Source: a virus. From it: 64,000 bases of DNA. Both the position numbers and the translations under genes were made by a program. The stretch covers positions 1-64,000 of the IMG/VR virus record IMGVR_UViG_3300025030_000051, one strand, 5' to 3'. Within the stretch, counting starts at the first letter, position 1; every line of letters starts with the position of its first letter. The notes under the pieces were generated by a model. The model was not told the origin of the DNA, did not search any database, and saw nothing but the letters and a program-made list of their open reading frames with translations. Shown piece after piece: positions 29,896 to 41,164 of this stretch.

Positions 29896-30909
29896 TTATT
29901 TTTTAAAAAGTTCACCTAAATAATAGTCATTAATGATTTCATTTTTTGTTTTAGGTTTAATGCATTTTTCCAATTCTAATATTAAGCATTTATTATATCT
30001 TTTTTGTAAAATAGTATAAGGAATATTCAAATATTTTGACCATTGTTTTAAAGATTTTTTTATCCCATTATATTCTATTAAAATAGTATTTCTTCTATTA
30101 TTTGATTGTTCTTCTATATTTTCCCAACGACAATTATTAGAGTTATATCCCAAATTATTATTAATTCTGCCCAAAGATCCCCATTGTGGACATTCACTCA
30201 TATCATTATAAAATTTATAAAATTCTAGCCAATTTTCATTTACTTTTATTCCTCTCCCGCCCCAATCTTTATATCTAAAATAATTAGTATTATTACATCT
30301 TTGAATCATTTCCCACCAAGCCTTGTATGTTCGTCTATCAGCTAGATGTTTTATTAAACCAAATTTTTCTTTAGTACACTGAACGTTTAAACTAATTAAT
30401 ATGCCTTTATTTTTATTCATTTTTGGTAATAAATATGCTTGAGAACAATCATCAAATTGTGAATGTTCTGTTCTTCGCCAATTATATCTATGAATATCAT
30501 AAAAATCACATGATTCTAATATTTTTTTTAAAGTATCAAAATCATAAGTTATTTTGTGATAGATATATTTGTTATTAACCAACATTCGTCCATATAATGG
30601 ACCAACAATAGAGTTTAAATCAATTTTTTTATCTATAACTAATCTAGACATTATTTTAAAATCAGGAACTGCTAATCTTAAATATCCTTTTGGTTTTAAA
30701 ACTCTTCTCCATTCTTGTAAAATTGGTATTATTTCATATTGGTCAAAATAAGAAATTCCATGACTACAATATATTAAATCAATAGAATTATTTTTAAATT
30801 GACTAAGATTTGTTACATCATTATAATTTACATGAGGATAATTTTGACCATCTATATTGATCCAATCATTACCAAAATTTCTATTACCACAACACATGTG
30901 AATTTTCAT
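29896..30909 (-). CDS. methyltransferase (type 11-like) fused in frame to an HNH-type endonuclease domain
   Basis: MCCG..., EWRRVLKPKG; then TYKAWWEMIQRC...WGGRGIKV...LGRINN..GY...NCRW. Confidence 0.82.
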   Translation of the reverse strand: MKIHMCCGNRNFGNDWINIDGQNYPHVNYNDVTNLSQFKNNSIDLIYCSHGISYFDQYEIIPILQEWRRVLKPKGYLRLAVPDFKIMSRLVIDKKIDLNSIVGPLYGRMLVNNKYIYHKITYDFDTLKKILESCDFYDIHRYNWRRTEHSQFDDCSQAYLLPKMNKNKGILISLNVQCTKEKFGLIKHLADRRTYKAWWEMIQRCNNTNYFRYKDWGGRGIKVNENWLEFYKFYNDMSECPQWGSLGRINNNLGYNSNNCRWENIEEQSNNRRNTILIEYNGIKKSLKQWSKYLNIPYTILQKRYNKCLILELEKCIKPKTKNEIINDYYLGELFKK

Positions 30910-31520
30910 TATTTTCTCTTAAGAATTCTTATTAGTTTATTATTTAAGATAACATTAAATCCCAATTTTTCTATTTCATTTTTAGCTTTATACATAGAAT
31001 CATCAAAAATATATTTTAAATTATTAAATTTTGAAAAATCAAGTTCATTCCATATTCCTGAAGAGCTAGTAGAAAACCATATATTCGATTTTTCATAAAC
31101 TTCATCAATACTTACTAATTTATTTTCTAAATTATTATAATTTTTTAAAAAATTTATAGAATCATCTTTATTTAAGAAAAAACTCCAATTATCATATCCA
31201 TAACAGTCAATTCCTAAACTATTTAAATAAACCATTAACATTCCCAATCCACAGCCAAAATCTAACCAAGTTTTGCTTCTAAATTTATCAATATTTTTTA
31301 ATACATAATCTAAAATTATAACATTAGTTGGATATAAATCTAAAAAATTAACAAACTGTGCATCTTCAGTTCTACCTGCATAGTTCGATAAATTATAGTA
31401 AAATCTTTTATTTATTTCTTTATTTTCAGATAATTCTATAGCTTTAACTTTATTGTTGTGTACATTATCTAAAAATTCTTTAGAAAAATTTTGATAAAAT
31501 ATATTTTTGTCTATATCCAA
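30909..31520 (-). CDS. SAM-dependent methyltransferase
   Basis: WLDFGCGLG, YGYD. Confidence 0.75.
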   Translation of the reverse strand: MDIDKNIFYQNFSKEFLDNVHNNKVKAIELSENKEINKRFYYNLSNYAGRTEDAQFVNFLDLYPTNVIILDYVLKNIDKFRSKTWLDFGCGLGMLMVYLNSLGIDCYGYDNWSFFLNKDDSINFLKNYNNLENKLVSIDEVYEKSNIWFSTSSSGIWNELDFSKFNNLKYIFDDSMYKAKNEIEKLGFNVILNNKLIRILKRK

Positions 31521-31522
31521 TA

Positions 31523-33430
31523 CTATTTTCTATTAGCTTCGTTTTCTGTAAATATAATAGAATTGTTTTTATCAACACCAGAGAATGAAGAGGAAAATAT
31601 CATACCATTGTTTATAATAAAATCTCTAAATTTATCAACGTAACGTTTTTTCCTGTTATAGAAATATTCTTTTATTGTATATGTTTTCAATATTTCTTCT
31701 ATAAGTTCTATATTATCTTTTTTGCTTATTAAAAATTTATCTAAAACAAGATAGTCTATTTTTGAAAAAACAAAACACAAAAAAGATTCAATTTCACTGT
31801 TAACTATACTCTCACCAGCAATATTGAACGAAGTATTTAATAAAATAGGTAGTCCAGATAGTTTTTTATATTCTTTTAATAAATTGTACATATTAATATT
31901 TTGTTCTTTATTAACAGTTTGTATTCTTGAAGTACCGTCTATATGTGAAATAGCCTTGATTTTATCTATTTTATCTTTTAAAATATTGTATACCTTTAAC
32001 ATATATGGAGATTCATTTTCATTTAATTTAAAATATAATTTAGCATATTCTTCCATAACTATAGGAGCATATGGTCTGAACCACTCTCTATTCTTTATTT
32101 CTTTATTTAAATAATCAACTGTTTCTTTCTTTATAGGAGAAGCTAAAATACTTCTATTTCCTAATGCTCTTGGTCCAATTTCTGCTTTACCTTTTGACCA
32201 GCCAACTATAGCGCCATTATTTAATAATTTTGCAACTTCTTTGAATATATTTTCTGGAATTGTATAATTTATTTTGTATAGATCGAATATTTTATTTGAA
32301 ATATTTACATTTATGTCGTAACCATGATAGGCATTTTTAAATATTGTTTTTTTAGATGATTTTAATATATTATGTTTTGTATATAATGCTGCTCCTAAAG
32401 CATTTCCACCATCGTGAGATGCTGGATTTATGTATATATTTTTAAATTTAGTATTCTCAATAATTTTATTATTCACCACACTATTTAAAAAAGATCCGCC
32501 TCCAACACAAATATTTTCTAATTTAGTCTCATTATATAAATCATTAGTTAATGAAATTATAACTTCCTCAAAGAAATATTGTAAACTTGCTGCTATATCA
32601 TAATGTATTTCATTTATTTTTTCATCTTTATTTCTAAACTTAGTATTAAATAATTCAGAATATGTTTTTTCATTTTTAAAAGATGGTGGACCTCCGTTTA
32701 CATTAAATATTAAATAATTTTCATTGAAGCTAAAACTAAACGGTGATGATTTTTTATATATCTTTTTAAAAGAATTTAAAAACTTAGGCTTGCCAAATGA
32801 TGCTAATGCCATTACTTTACCCTCTGGGTTTGGACCGAAAAATCCCAAAGAATTACAGAATAAAGTATACATGAATCCTAAGCTATCAGGATATGTTATG
32901 AAATTAATTCTGGTTATTTTATTTGACGAACCCTTGCTAAAAGTCATAGATTCAAATTCACCCAATCCATCAGATGTAAATATCGCAGCTTCATTAAAAT
33001 TAGAACAATAAAATGCTAATGCAGAATGAGTATCATGATGGTTTACATTAAAAACATACGCATTTGGAAATATTTGTTTTATAAGTTTTTTTATTATAGA
33101 CAAATTATAAGAGACATTAAAACAAGATTCTTTTACTGATAAGAATGTATGTTTTCCTTGTTTTTCATAATAATTAAAAAAGTCCCAATATTCAGATAAT
33201 ACAAGACTGTCATCATTTCCTATAGAAACATATTCTATATCACTTAAGTTAACATTAAGATTATTTTTAATGTAATCAATAGATGCTATTGGAAAACAAT
33301 CAGTGTGTTTCTCACCGTTGAATCTTTCTTCTTCTCCGACAAAAATTATTCCATCTTTGTTTGAATCAATTAGTGCAACAGAAGAATTGTGCAGACCTTT
33401 GCCACCCTTAATTCCTAAGATTAGTGCCAC
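31523..33430 (-). CDS. carbamoyltransferase (NodU/CmcH family)
   Basis: EEERF, HHDTH, DGLGE, EGKVMALA, GPRALGNRS, LNTSFN. Confidence 0.93.
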   Translation of the reverse strand: MALILGIKGGKGLHNSSVALIDSNKDGIIFVGEEERFNGEKHTDCFPIASIDYIKNNLNVNLSDIEYVSIGNDDSLVLSEYWDFFNYYEKQGKHTFLSVKESCFNVSYNLSIIKKLIKQIFPNAYVFNVNHHDTHSALAFYCSNFNEAAIFTSDGLGEFESMTFSKGSSNKITRINFITYPDSLGFMYTLFCNSLGFFGPNPEGKVMALASFGKPKFLNSFKKIYKKSSPFSFSFNENYLIFNVNGGPPSFKNEKTYSELFNTKFRNKDEKINEIHYDIAASLQYFFEEVIISLTNDLYNETKLENICVGGGSFLNSVVNNKIIENTKFKNIYINPASHDGGNALGAALYTKHNILKSSKKTIFKNAYHGYDINVNISNKIFDLYKINYTIPENIFKEVAKLLNNGAIVGWSKGKAEIGPRALGNRSILASPIKKETVDYLNKEIKNREWFRPYAPIVMEEYAKLYFKLNENESPYMLKVYNILKDKIDKIKAISHIDGTSRIQTVNKEQNINMYNLLKEYKKLSGLPILLNTSFNIAGESIVNSEIESFLCFVFSKIDYLVLDKFLISKKDNIELIEEILKTYTIKEYFYNRKKRYVDKFRDFIINNGMIFSSSFSGVDKNNSIIFTENEANRK

Positions 33431-33696
33431 TTTATAGTTTTTCTCTATTATTATAATCTAGAAATTTTCTTTTATATATTGTTTTACCACCATCTGGTGA
33501 TTCAAATATATTTTCTTTTCCAATTACTATAGGATTTTGCTTATTAAGAATTATTACACAAAGATTTTCTAATTTATATTGTTTCACAAATTCATTATAA
33601 ACTTCAAAGAAATTTTCACTTCTTGTTATCAATGAAAATGGCATTGGTTCATCTGATTCTGTTAATTGTTTTATATCCCAAAGTTCATATATCATG

Positions 33697-34152
33697 CTAA
33701 TCCCACCATCCTTTTAAATCACTTTTTAATATATCAAATAACTCGTTCCATTCTTTTTCTTCTAATTTATAAGAATTTTTAAATATTTTATTTTCATCAT
33801 AATCTTTAAATCCAAGTTGTTTTTTTCTCACCATCTCATATAATTCTTTATTTGGTAACTTTACAAAATTTATTTTATAAGCCTTGCAGTTATAGCCGCA
33901 TCTTTCGGAATAATCATCTTTTAAAAAATTATCTAATAATTCTATTACTTTCTCCATTCTTTCTACTTTTTGAAGTCTTGTTTTATCGATTTCTATCCCA
34001 TATTTTTCTATATATTCTTTCAATAACTTTAATTGAAATTGAAACATTTCTAATAAATAATTAAAGTCCCAAGGTCGCATTCTTGAAACTATTCTAAAAT
34101 ATTTGAAAAAATTTTCTATTGACCATTTTAATTTATAGTATAAATCTGACAT
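33697..34152 (-). CDS. conserved phage hypothetical protein
   Basis: RPWDF.YLL ... GWWD. Confidence 0.6.
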   Translation of the reverse strand: MSDLYYKLKWSIENFFKYFRIVSRMRPWDFNYLLEMFQFQLKLLKEYIEKYGIEIDKTRLQKVERMEKVIELLDNFLKDDYSERCGYNCKAYKINFVKLPNKELYEMVRKKQLGFKDYDENKIFKNSYKLEEKEWNELFDILKSDLKGWWD

Positions 34153-34156
34153 TGTA

Positions 34157-34900
34157 TTAATTTATTTTTTCTAAAATTAAATCATTTTTATAGAATGCAT
34201 TTATTCTTACAAATTCACAATTTAAATATTCTATAATTTCTTGTTCTCTTTCAATATCTCTTTCTTTTAATTCACCATTTAACTTATAATGCCTTCTTTC
34301 ATAAAATTCTATCACTATGTTTTTCTTTTTATCATAACCGTCTACCCAATAACCAAGCTCTTTAATACGAAATTCTCCGCCATTCATTGCGTGTTGAAAA
34401 TTATAATTATAAAACTTATTAATCCAATAAATTACGTCACACGCAATAATATTAAAACCTGGATGTATTTGTCCGCCATTAAATTTAATTTCTTCAATTC
34501 TTTTTATCATAGTTAATCTATGCTTTCTTTTAGTTTCTCTAGTTCTTTTAGTTCCAGAAGATGGGCTTCCATTTTTTAAATATAAATCAGATATGTGTTT
34601 TCTATATTTTAATGTGTGCTTGTGACCCTTAAATCTACCACGTCTATTTAATTCTTTAAATCTATCACCATATAATTTATCTTTATAAGATTTTAATTTT
34701 TTATCAGCCTCTTCTTTTCCGTATTTTTCTAACCATATATTGTAATGATTTTTTCCATACATACCATTATTTTCTTTTGAAGTATTACAAAATCTACACA
34801 ATGTATTATTTTTTATACCTCTTTTCAAATTATATTCATTTTTATAAAAAATTTCTTTATTACATTTTGGACAATTTCTTTTAAACTGACTTTTTTTCAT
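34157..34900 (-). CDS. zinc-ribbon putative homing endonuclease (paralog 2)
   Basis: RNCPKC...CRFC; QHAMNGGE..I.ELGYWVDGYD...IEFYE. Confidence 0.7.
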   Translation of the reverse strand: MKKSQFKRNCPKCNKEIFYKNEYNLKRGIKNNTLCRFCNTSKENNGMYGKNHYNIWLEKYGKEEADKKLKSYKDKLYGDRFKELNRRGRFKGHKHTLKYRKHISDLYLKNGSPSSGTKRTRETKRKHRLTMIKRIEEIKFNGGQIHPGFNIIACDVIYWINKFYNYNFQHAMNGGEFRIKELGYWVDGYDKKKNIVIEFYERRHYKLNGELKERDIEREQEIIEYLNCEFVRINAFYKNDLILEKIN

Positions 34901-35769
34901 TCAATTATATTTTTTTCATTTAAAATTTTTGAATATATATTATCAGCTATAAAATCCTCATATCTTTTATATTTCTGACATCTATTAAAGTTCTCTTTTA
35001 TAAATGGCATCATAATCTCATAATTATTTGGTTCAGATATAGTTTCAAATATTCCTGCTAAATCTTCCAATTTTTCAAATTGCAAGATTCCTTTTTCGTC
35101 AAAATAATTTCCAATATTTTTACACCCCCAATAAATCGGTACTGTTCCTGTCGCAAAACAATCTAGTAATTTTTCCGTATAATAGTATTTAGCTCTTGAA
35201 TTTTCTATAGTTATAGAATACTGATAATCCTTAAGCCCTTCTTCTTTAAATTTAATGGGATTTACTGAACCATCACCATATAAATCTAAATTTTCTATGT
35301 TCATATCAGCAACCCGATGTCTTAGTATATGGCCTTCTGTCCAATTCTTAAAAGAATATATCATTGAGATTAATTTTGTCTTATCGTGTATTTTTATTTC
35401 ATCATCACTAACCCATATACCATTATCTGGAGTAAAAATACATTTTTCTGGATAAGTGTCTAAAAGTTTTTCATCATACGTCATTATATAATCAAATTTA
35501 CTTATATGCTTTTTTTCTAAATTATTTAATCTTTGATTTTGTAAATCACTTATAGCCCTTGGGTCATGAATCCAAGCTAATTTTATTTTACTGTGAACTT
35601 GATCTATGATTTCTTCTTGGTCTAGATCAAAGCAGCGATCTATGAATACTGAAATTCCGTAATATACAAAATGGCCTGTGGTATATTTTATTTTAGTAGG
35701 TATTTTATTTGGTTCAAAACTTAAAACTCTACTCATATTTTTATCTGTTATTATATTTATTTCTAACAT
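34897..35769 (-). CDS. glycosyltransferase family 10-like
   Basis: YQYSITIENS...YYTEKLLDCF.TGTVPIYWG. Confidence 0.8.
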   Translation of the reverse strand: MLEINIITDKNMSRVLSFEPNKIPTKIKYTTGHFVYYGISVFIDRCFDLDQEEIIDQVHSKIKLAWIHDPRAISDLQNQRLNNLEKKHISKFDYIMTYDEKLLDTYPEKCIFTPDNGIWVSDDEIKIHDKTKLISMIYSFKNWTEGHILRHRVADMNIENLDLYGDGSVNPIKFKEEGLKDYQYSITIENSRAKYYYTEKLLDCFATGTVPIYWGCKNIGNYFDEKGILQFEKLEDLAGIFETISEPNNYEIMMPFIKENFNRCQKYKRYEDFIADNIYSKILNEKNIIE

Positions 35770-36755
35770 AATTTTACTCTAATAAATTCATATCCTAAAT
35801 TTTCTAAATTTTTTTGTCTCTTAATGTCATTTTGTTTTAAATTTCCGTTATTATCAAAATGATGTCTTTCATCTACTTCTATAATTAATTTTCTTTCTTC
35901 ATCTATACCATCTGGAAAATATCTACCAACTCTAATTTCTCCACCATTTAATGCATGTCGAAAATTTAAATCATAATACATATTAAACCAATCTATTATT
36001 TCACAAGCAATTATACTATAAGATGGCCAAGAAAAATTATTGTTTTTTATTTTCTTTTCAATAATACTAATTCTTTGTTTTTCAATAGATTCTTCATTTC
36101 TAACCTTTCCTATTTGTTTAAATTTAATTTTATTTCTAGTTTCTATAGGAGTAACATACCCAAATTTTACACAACTTTGACATATTGAATCATTTTTTAT
36201 TGCATTTACATAACTTCCTTTATTTTTATAATAAATTATGTGATGACATTTAGGATTATTTAATGGATTAGAACATATTCTTTCATATTTTTCTTTACGT
36301 ATGATTTTTATTGAAGCACAACTTAAACATAAACGATTATTTTTTATAGAATTTTTATAAGCTTTATAACTCCTATATTTCATTACTTTTAAGCAATCAG
36401 AATTATTTAATGGATTTATACAAATTTTTTCATAAATTTTTTTAGAAGTTGTATATAAACCAGATTTATAATTTGAATTATTTTCACCAGATTTAGAACA
36501 ACTTTTACATTTTCTATTATTCTTTAAAGCAGTCAAATATGAAAATTTAGATTTATATTTAATTTCTTTTTTACATTTAGGGCAAATTCTTTTATTAGAT
36601 TCAATAAAATATTTTATATGATTGCACTTTAAACAAGTAGCATTATTCTTTATAGCTCTACAATAAGACTTTTTATTTTTATAATAAATAATCTTATTAC
36701 ATTTAGAATTATTTTTTGGATTTGGACATTTTCTTTGATACAATTTTTCTTTCAA
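35763..36755 (-). CDS. multi-zinc-ribbon putative endonuclease (paralog 3)
   Basis: Four C..C...YK...AIKNN..C..C units; HALNGGE...YFPDG...IEVDERHH. Confidence 0.7.
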   Translation of the reverse strand: MKEKLYQRKCPNPKNNSKCNKIIYYKNKKSYCRAIKNNATCLKCNHIKYFIESNKRICPKCKKEIKYKSKFSYLTALKNNRKCKSCSKSGENNSNYKSGLYTTSKKIYEKICINPLNNSDCLKVMKYRSYKAYKNSIKNNRLCLSCASIKIIRKEKYERICSNPLNNPKCHHIIYYKNKGSYVNAIKNDSICQSCVKFGYVTPIETRNKIKFKQIGKVRNEESIEKQRISIIEKKIKNNNFSWPSYSIIACEIIDWFNMYYDLNFRHALNGGEIRVGRYFPDGIDEERKLIIEVDERHHFDNNGNLKQNDIKRQKNLENLGYEFIRVKLC

Positions 36756-36793
36756 TGCTCTTTTTAATGTTTTGTCTAAGAAAATTTCTTTTA

Positions 36794-37012
36794 CTATTTC
36801 AACATATTTAAATTTAAGTCATAGTCTGACAGCTTATCTTGAATAATCTCTAAAAATTTTTTTGATGTTAGATTATTTTCATATTTTAAATCTTGTCTTA
36901 CTTCTTGTTCTATATCACACAAACAAAAATACAAATCAATTGCTTTAACATACACTTTATATTTTTCTTCTTCATCTGACTCATTTAAATCAAATTCTAA
37001 TATTGCTTTCAT
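36794..37012 (-). CDS. conserved phage protein
   Basis: MKAILEFDL motif. Confidence 0.6.
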   Translation of the reverse strand: MKAILEFDLNESDEEEKYKVYVKAIDLYFCLCDIEQEVRQDLKYENNLTSKKFLEIIQDKLSDYDLNLNMLK

Positions 37013-37069
37013 ATAAACACTCTTTTATTTTTATTAAAATTTTTTCAGAATTAATTTACAATATTCATA

Positions 37070-37789
37070 TCACATTTCAATCCTTTCTCCATGCCCCCAA
37101 AATTTTGAATAACCAAATTTCATATTTTTATCTCTTGAAAACTTATGAAGAAAACAAATTCCATCATAAAAATGTATTGAAAATAAATCTTTTTCAAATT
37201 CGTCAAATATTGTCTTATTTTTATCAGTATAACAGTGTAGTTTATCTGCCATAGATTTCAAATATTCCATTGCTGAAAATGAATTATCACCATGAATTAT
37301 ATTTGTATTATTTCCATATGTATCTTTGTCTCTGTCAGAATCCCAATTTTTATCATAACAGCAAAATGTATCTTCTACAATGTATACTCCATTGTTTGAA
37401 AGAAGTGGAAACAAAGTTTTTAATGACGTAATTATTTGATGATTCTCATGTCCAGAATCATCTATACATATATCTATAGGTCCATATTTTTCATTTATCT
37501 TTATAAGAAAATTTATGTCACATTGGTCTCCAATTTCTACAAAAACATTTTTTGATTTATCTTCAAATTGTTTACAATATGGATCGATATCCACTGACAC
37601 TATATTTTTTGCATTTTTAAAATATTCTCTTAAAGTATATGTAAAACCAGCATTGTAACAACCTAATTCCAATATATTTATATTTTCATTTTTTAAAAAT
37701 GAAAGTTCACTATCATATATCTGCCAAAAGTGTGTTTCTTTTATTGCTGCACCCTGAATTCTATTATTAAATGCTTCTATAAAATTCAT
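37070..37789 (-). CDS. class I SAM-dependent (sugar O-)methyltransferase
   Basis: ILELG, GDQ, DICIDDSGH, GVYIVED. Confidence 0.85.
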   Translation of the reverse strand: MNFIEAFNNRIQGAAIKETHFWQIYDSELSFLKNENINILELGCYNAGFTYTLREYFKNAKNIVSVDIDPYCKQFEDKSKNVFVEIGDQCDINFLIKINEKYGPIDICIDDSGHENHQIITSLKTLFPLLSNNGVYIVEDTFCCYDKNWDSDRDKDTYGNNTNIIHGDNSFSAMEYLKSMADKLHCYTDKNKTIFDEFEKDLFSIHFYDGICFLHKFSRDKNMKFGYSKFWGHGERIEM

Positions 37790-38328
37790 TTTAAATTCTA
37801 AAATTAACCATTTTTATATTCATAAAATTCTATAGAATGAAATATTATATAAAAAATGTTTTGATAAAAATTAAAGTCAAAATCGTTATCTCTATATTGT
37901 TTAAAAATTTCAATAATACAACCGTGTATCTTAATACTAGTATCCATTTTTGCTACAGATAAGTACATACTTTATTCAGGAAAAAATTGAGATGATACTA
38001 CCCATCTAAGTGATGTAACTTCATCAATTTTAGTTTTATTTTCAATAATTCTTATTGTTTTATAAAAAAAATTATTTTTTATTTTATTTTTTACAGATTC
38101 CATTTCATGATTCATGCAAAACATTATTTGATTAATTATTTGGTTCATTATTTTCTTTTATACTTTTTTCTATTTTCAAATTTCTTTTTAATCTTCTTTT
38201 TTCTATTCTCCCAATATTGTGTCTCAAAAACAGGAGTTCTATTGATTATTTCAGTTTGAGTTCTCATTCTTCTTGCTAATCTTTGTTTTTGTCTATGATT
38301 CATAATCTTTCATTCTCAATTTATTACA

Positions 38329-38913
38329 TTATTTTTTGTTTGAGACTTCTACTTTCTGTCTGTTAGATATTTGCTTAGCGGTAATATTAGATTTATGACC
38401 TTCTATTTTAGAAGATACTATTACAGTTCTTAATATTTTTTGAGAAGTAGATTTTGTTTTTTGCATAAATGGTATAGACTTTTCTTCTATTAACTCCTTA
38501 TCTCTTAACTGTCCCAGATAAGGACCTTGTTTGCATTCATAAACTACACTATTATCTTCTTCTACAGTATAATTGTGTCCACCAAAATACGTAATTGAAA
38601 CATCACCTTCGTTCAATATTATATCTTCTAAAAAAGATTTGTCTAAGTCGTAAAATGATACCTTAATTCTGCCTTTAATAACAGCCCAACATTCCTGCGT
38701 AGTAGTTATCTTCCTTATCTGTCTGTTATGTTGATGTGCTTTAAACTTATGTCCCTTCTTAGGCAAATAAAGATAAGCAACTTGTAAAAATTCTGATTCT
38801 GGACTAAGATCAAATCTCTTAATTTCTCCATTAAAATCAAACGGGTTAAAAAATACTGAATGAAGTAATTTATCTTTTTCTATTTTTGAATATACTTTAT
38901 GTAAATTTTTCAT
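38329..38913 (-). CDS. WbuC-like cupin
   Basis: FKAHQH...TQE...GGH...ECKQGPY. Confidence 0.7.
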   Translation of the reverse strand: MKNLHKVYSKIEKDKLLHSVFFNPFDFNGEIKRFDLSPESEFLQVAYLYLPKKGHKFKAHQHNRQIRKITTTQECWAVIKGRIKVSFYDLDKSFLEDIILNEGDVSITYFGGHNYTVEEDNSVVYECKQGPYLGQLRDKELIEEKSIPFMQKTKSTSQKILRTVIVSSKIEGHKSNITAKQISNRQKVEVSNKK

Positions 38914-38950
38914 TTTGAATCTTTTCTTTTATGTTTAATTGTTTCATAAT

Positions 38951-39160
38951 TTAATCTTTTTCTAGTTTCTTAATAAGTTTCCTTAAGGCTTTATATTGTC
39001 CCCATGTTAATTGAAAATTAAAATTACCAAAAGAATTTATTGTAACATCAAACCCTTCTCCATTATACCATTCTGTTATTTCAATAAAATCATCTTCTTT
39101 AGATAAATAGTCAAATTCTTTTAATTCAGTAAAAATTGCATTTCTAGTATATTTTTTCAT
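38951..39160 (-). CDS. conserved phage protein
   Basis: FIEITEWYNGEGFD. Confidence 0.6.
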   Translation of the reverse strand: MKKYTRNAIFTELKEFDYLSKEDDFIEITEWYNGEGFDVTINSFGNFNFQLTWGQYKALRKLIKKLEKD

Positions 39161-39161
39161 T

Positions 39162-39506
39162 TTAATTTCTATAATCTAATTTTACTATTTTTCCATTATA
39201 TTTGTCATAGTTATCAAATTTATCGTCACCACCAAATTCTTCAAACAATTATAAATTAATTTTTTTATATTGCTCTTCAGTCAGCGCTTCTGCTTTTTTC
39301 ATTATCAAAATTAAACCACTTCTAATACTAAATATTACTGGACATAAAAGTTCTTTTCTTTGATAAGTTTTCCAAATTTCTCTTTCATTTATATTTGCAA
39401 TTAATTCTTGTAAAAAATATTTCCATTCATATTTAAAAGTTGGTATTTTTATTACGAAATTTTGGAATATAAAAACTCTTCTTAAAATGCCAGAATCAGT
39501 TTTCAT
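39162..39506 (-). pseudogene. minimal kinase-like phage gene interrupted by TAA (39249-39251)
   Basis: VIKIP...NE...LCPV...LIM, then in frame after the stop LFEEFGGDDKFDNY...KIVKLDY. Confidence 0.6.
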
Positions 39507-39900
39507 TTATTTTTTAGAAATGAATTCAAAAAAGTAAAAAATCTCTTAATTTTAATTTGAAACTTTAATAATAAAATTAAAAAATTTATATATTGTTTTA
39601 TAAACCAAAATATAGTACTATTTAAATATAGTAAGTCAAATAATAATATTTTTTCTTTAATTTTTTTCAATTGACATAGAATCATTTTTTAAAAAATATT
39701 TTATAGTAAATTCATTTTTATCAACATTTTGTCTAACAAAATTAAATACATTATTCATTATTTTATAAACGTTAATCACTTTGAAAAAATAGAAAAAATT
39801 CCAAATAAGACCAAACATTTCACCATTATCTATATAAATAATATTTCTTTTTTTACCAATTTTTTCTATTCTAACATAAAATAGAATAAATTCTACTTTT

Positions 39901-40854
39901 TTAAAAAATTTCATTTTTAATCTCATAATTTTCTTTTAATAATTTATTTACATCAATTTGTTTATAATCTTCATCAATTTCTGACATTATTCTATTCCAC
40001 TGATGAAAGCACGTATTTTGATTCCATAACTTTCTTTTACCATTTTCTTTAATTTTGTTGTATTCCTTTTGATTATTGTCTAAATACTTCATTTTTTCTA
40101 TTGCTTCATCTATTGAATTAAATACAACAATATCATTTTCTATGTCGTAATATTGTTCCATATCTGGAAATGGTTCTGTAACTAAAACACACCAGTTTGG
40201 AATTTCAACAACCCTTCCTTTTAATTCTTTCCCAGTATTTAATGAATTGTTTGTAAAACATAAAGAATATTTTGAGTTAGCCCAAATATTTTTAGTTTCA
40301 TCATATGTATTAGTTCTCTTATTATATACATCAATTCCTTTGTTATTAAATTCACTTATTAACTGTTGTCTATTTCCATGCATTCCACCAGTGTGAGAAA
40401 TATTGTAATAAAACTTTGTTGGATTTTCTATTTTCGACATCATTGTTGGATTAAATGCCCATCTCATTTTGTGAAAATTTTTGGCTTGCAATCCATCTGA
40501 AATGTAGTTACTTAATTCACCTTCAAATGTTATTACTCCATCAACGAAGCTAATCCAAAATTTTGAAAAATTAGCATATCGCCATCGATCATCCGACTGA
40601 AGAACGTAAATCTTTGAAAATTCTCTTAATCTAATTAATTCTGTGTGAAGTTTATCATATGCTAAGACGACAACATAATCTGGTTTATTATCTTTAACTA
40701 ATAAATATAAATCTTCAATATTATATTCAGAATAATCGTAATAATAAGTTTCATATCCAAGTTGCTCTGTAATATTATAGAACCAAACTATACCTGGGCT
40801 TATATCTGTTTTAGTTGAATTATACTGATTCATTACCAATAAAATCTTTTTCAA
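39901..40854 (-). CDS. glycosyltransferase (CgeB / Glyco_trans_1_2-like)
   Basis: DDRWR, KGRVVEIP...LVTE...Y.IENDIVVFNS. Confidence 0.75.
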   Translation of the reverse strand: MKKILLVMNQYNSTKTDISPGIVWFYNITEQLGYETYYYDYSEYNIEDLYLLVKDNKPDYVVVLAYDKLHTELIRLREFSKIYVLQSDDRWRYANFSKFWISFVDGVITFEGELSNYISDGLQAKNFHKMRWAFNPTMMSKIENPTKFYYNISHTGGMHGNRQQLISEFNNKGIDVYNKRTNTYDETKNIWANSKYSLCFTNNSLNTGKELKGRVVEIPNWCVLVTEPFPDMEQYYDIENDIVVFNSIDEAIEKMKYLDNNQKEYNKIKENGKRKLWNQNTCFHQWNRIMSEIDEDYKQIDVNKLLKENYEIKNEIF

Positions 40855-41164
40855 TTAATTTCTATTGTTTAATTTAACATAAAATTAGATTCATATAAAT
40901 GCATTATTTCCCAATAAATAATATTTGTTAATCCCCATCCATTTAAAAGTCCACAAGATTTTTCTTTTTATGAATTTCAACATATAAACTTGTAGATATT
41001 TTATCACTTATATTATATTTTGTAGCCATGATGATTTATTAATATAGAAAATTTCACAGAATGACAACTCATCCATTTATAAAAATCTTTTAATTTAAGC
41101 TTCTTTTTACTTTTTATTTTTTCTTTTTTAATCAAAATATGTTGTTTTTTAACTTCTTCTTTTT

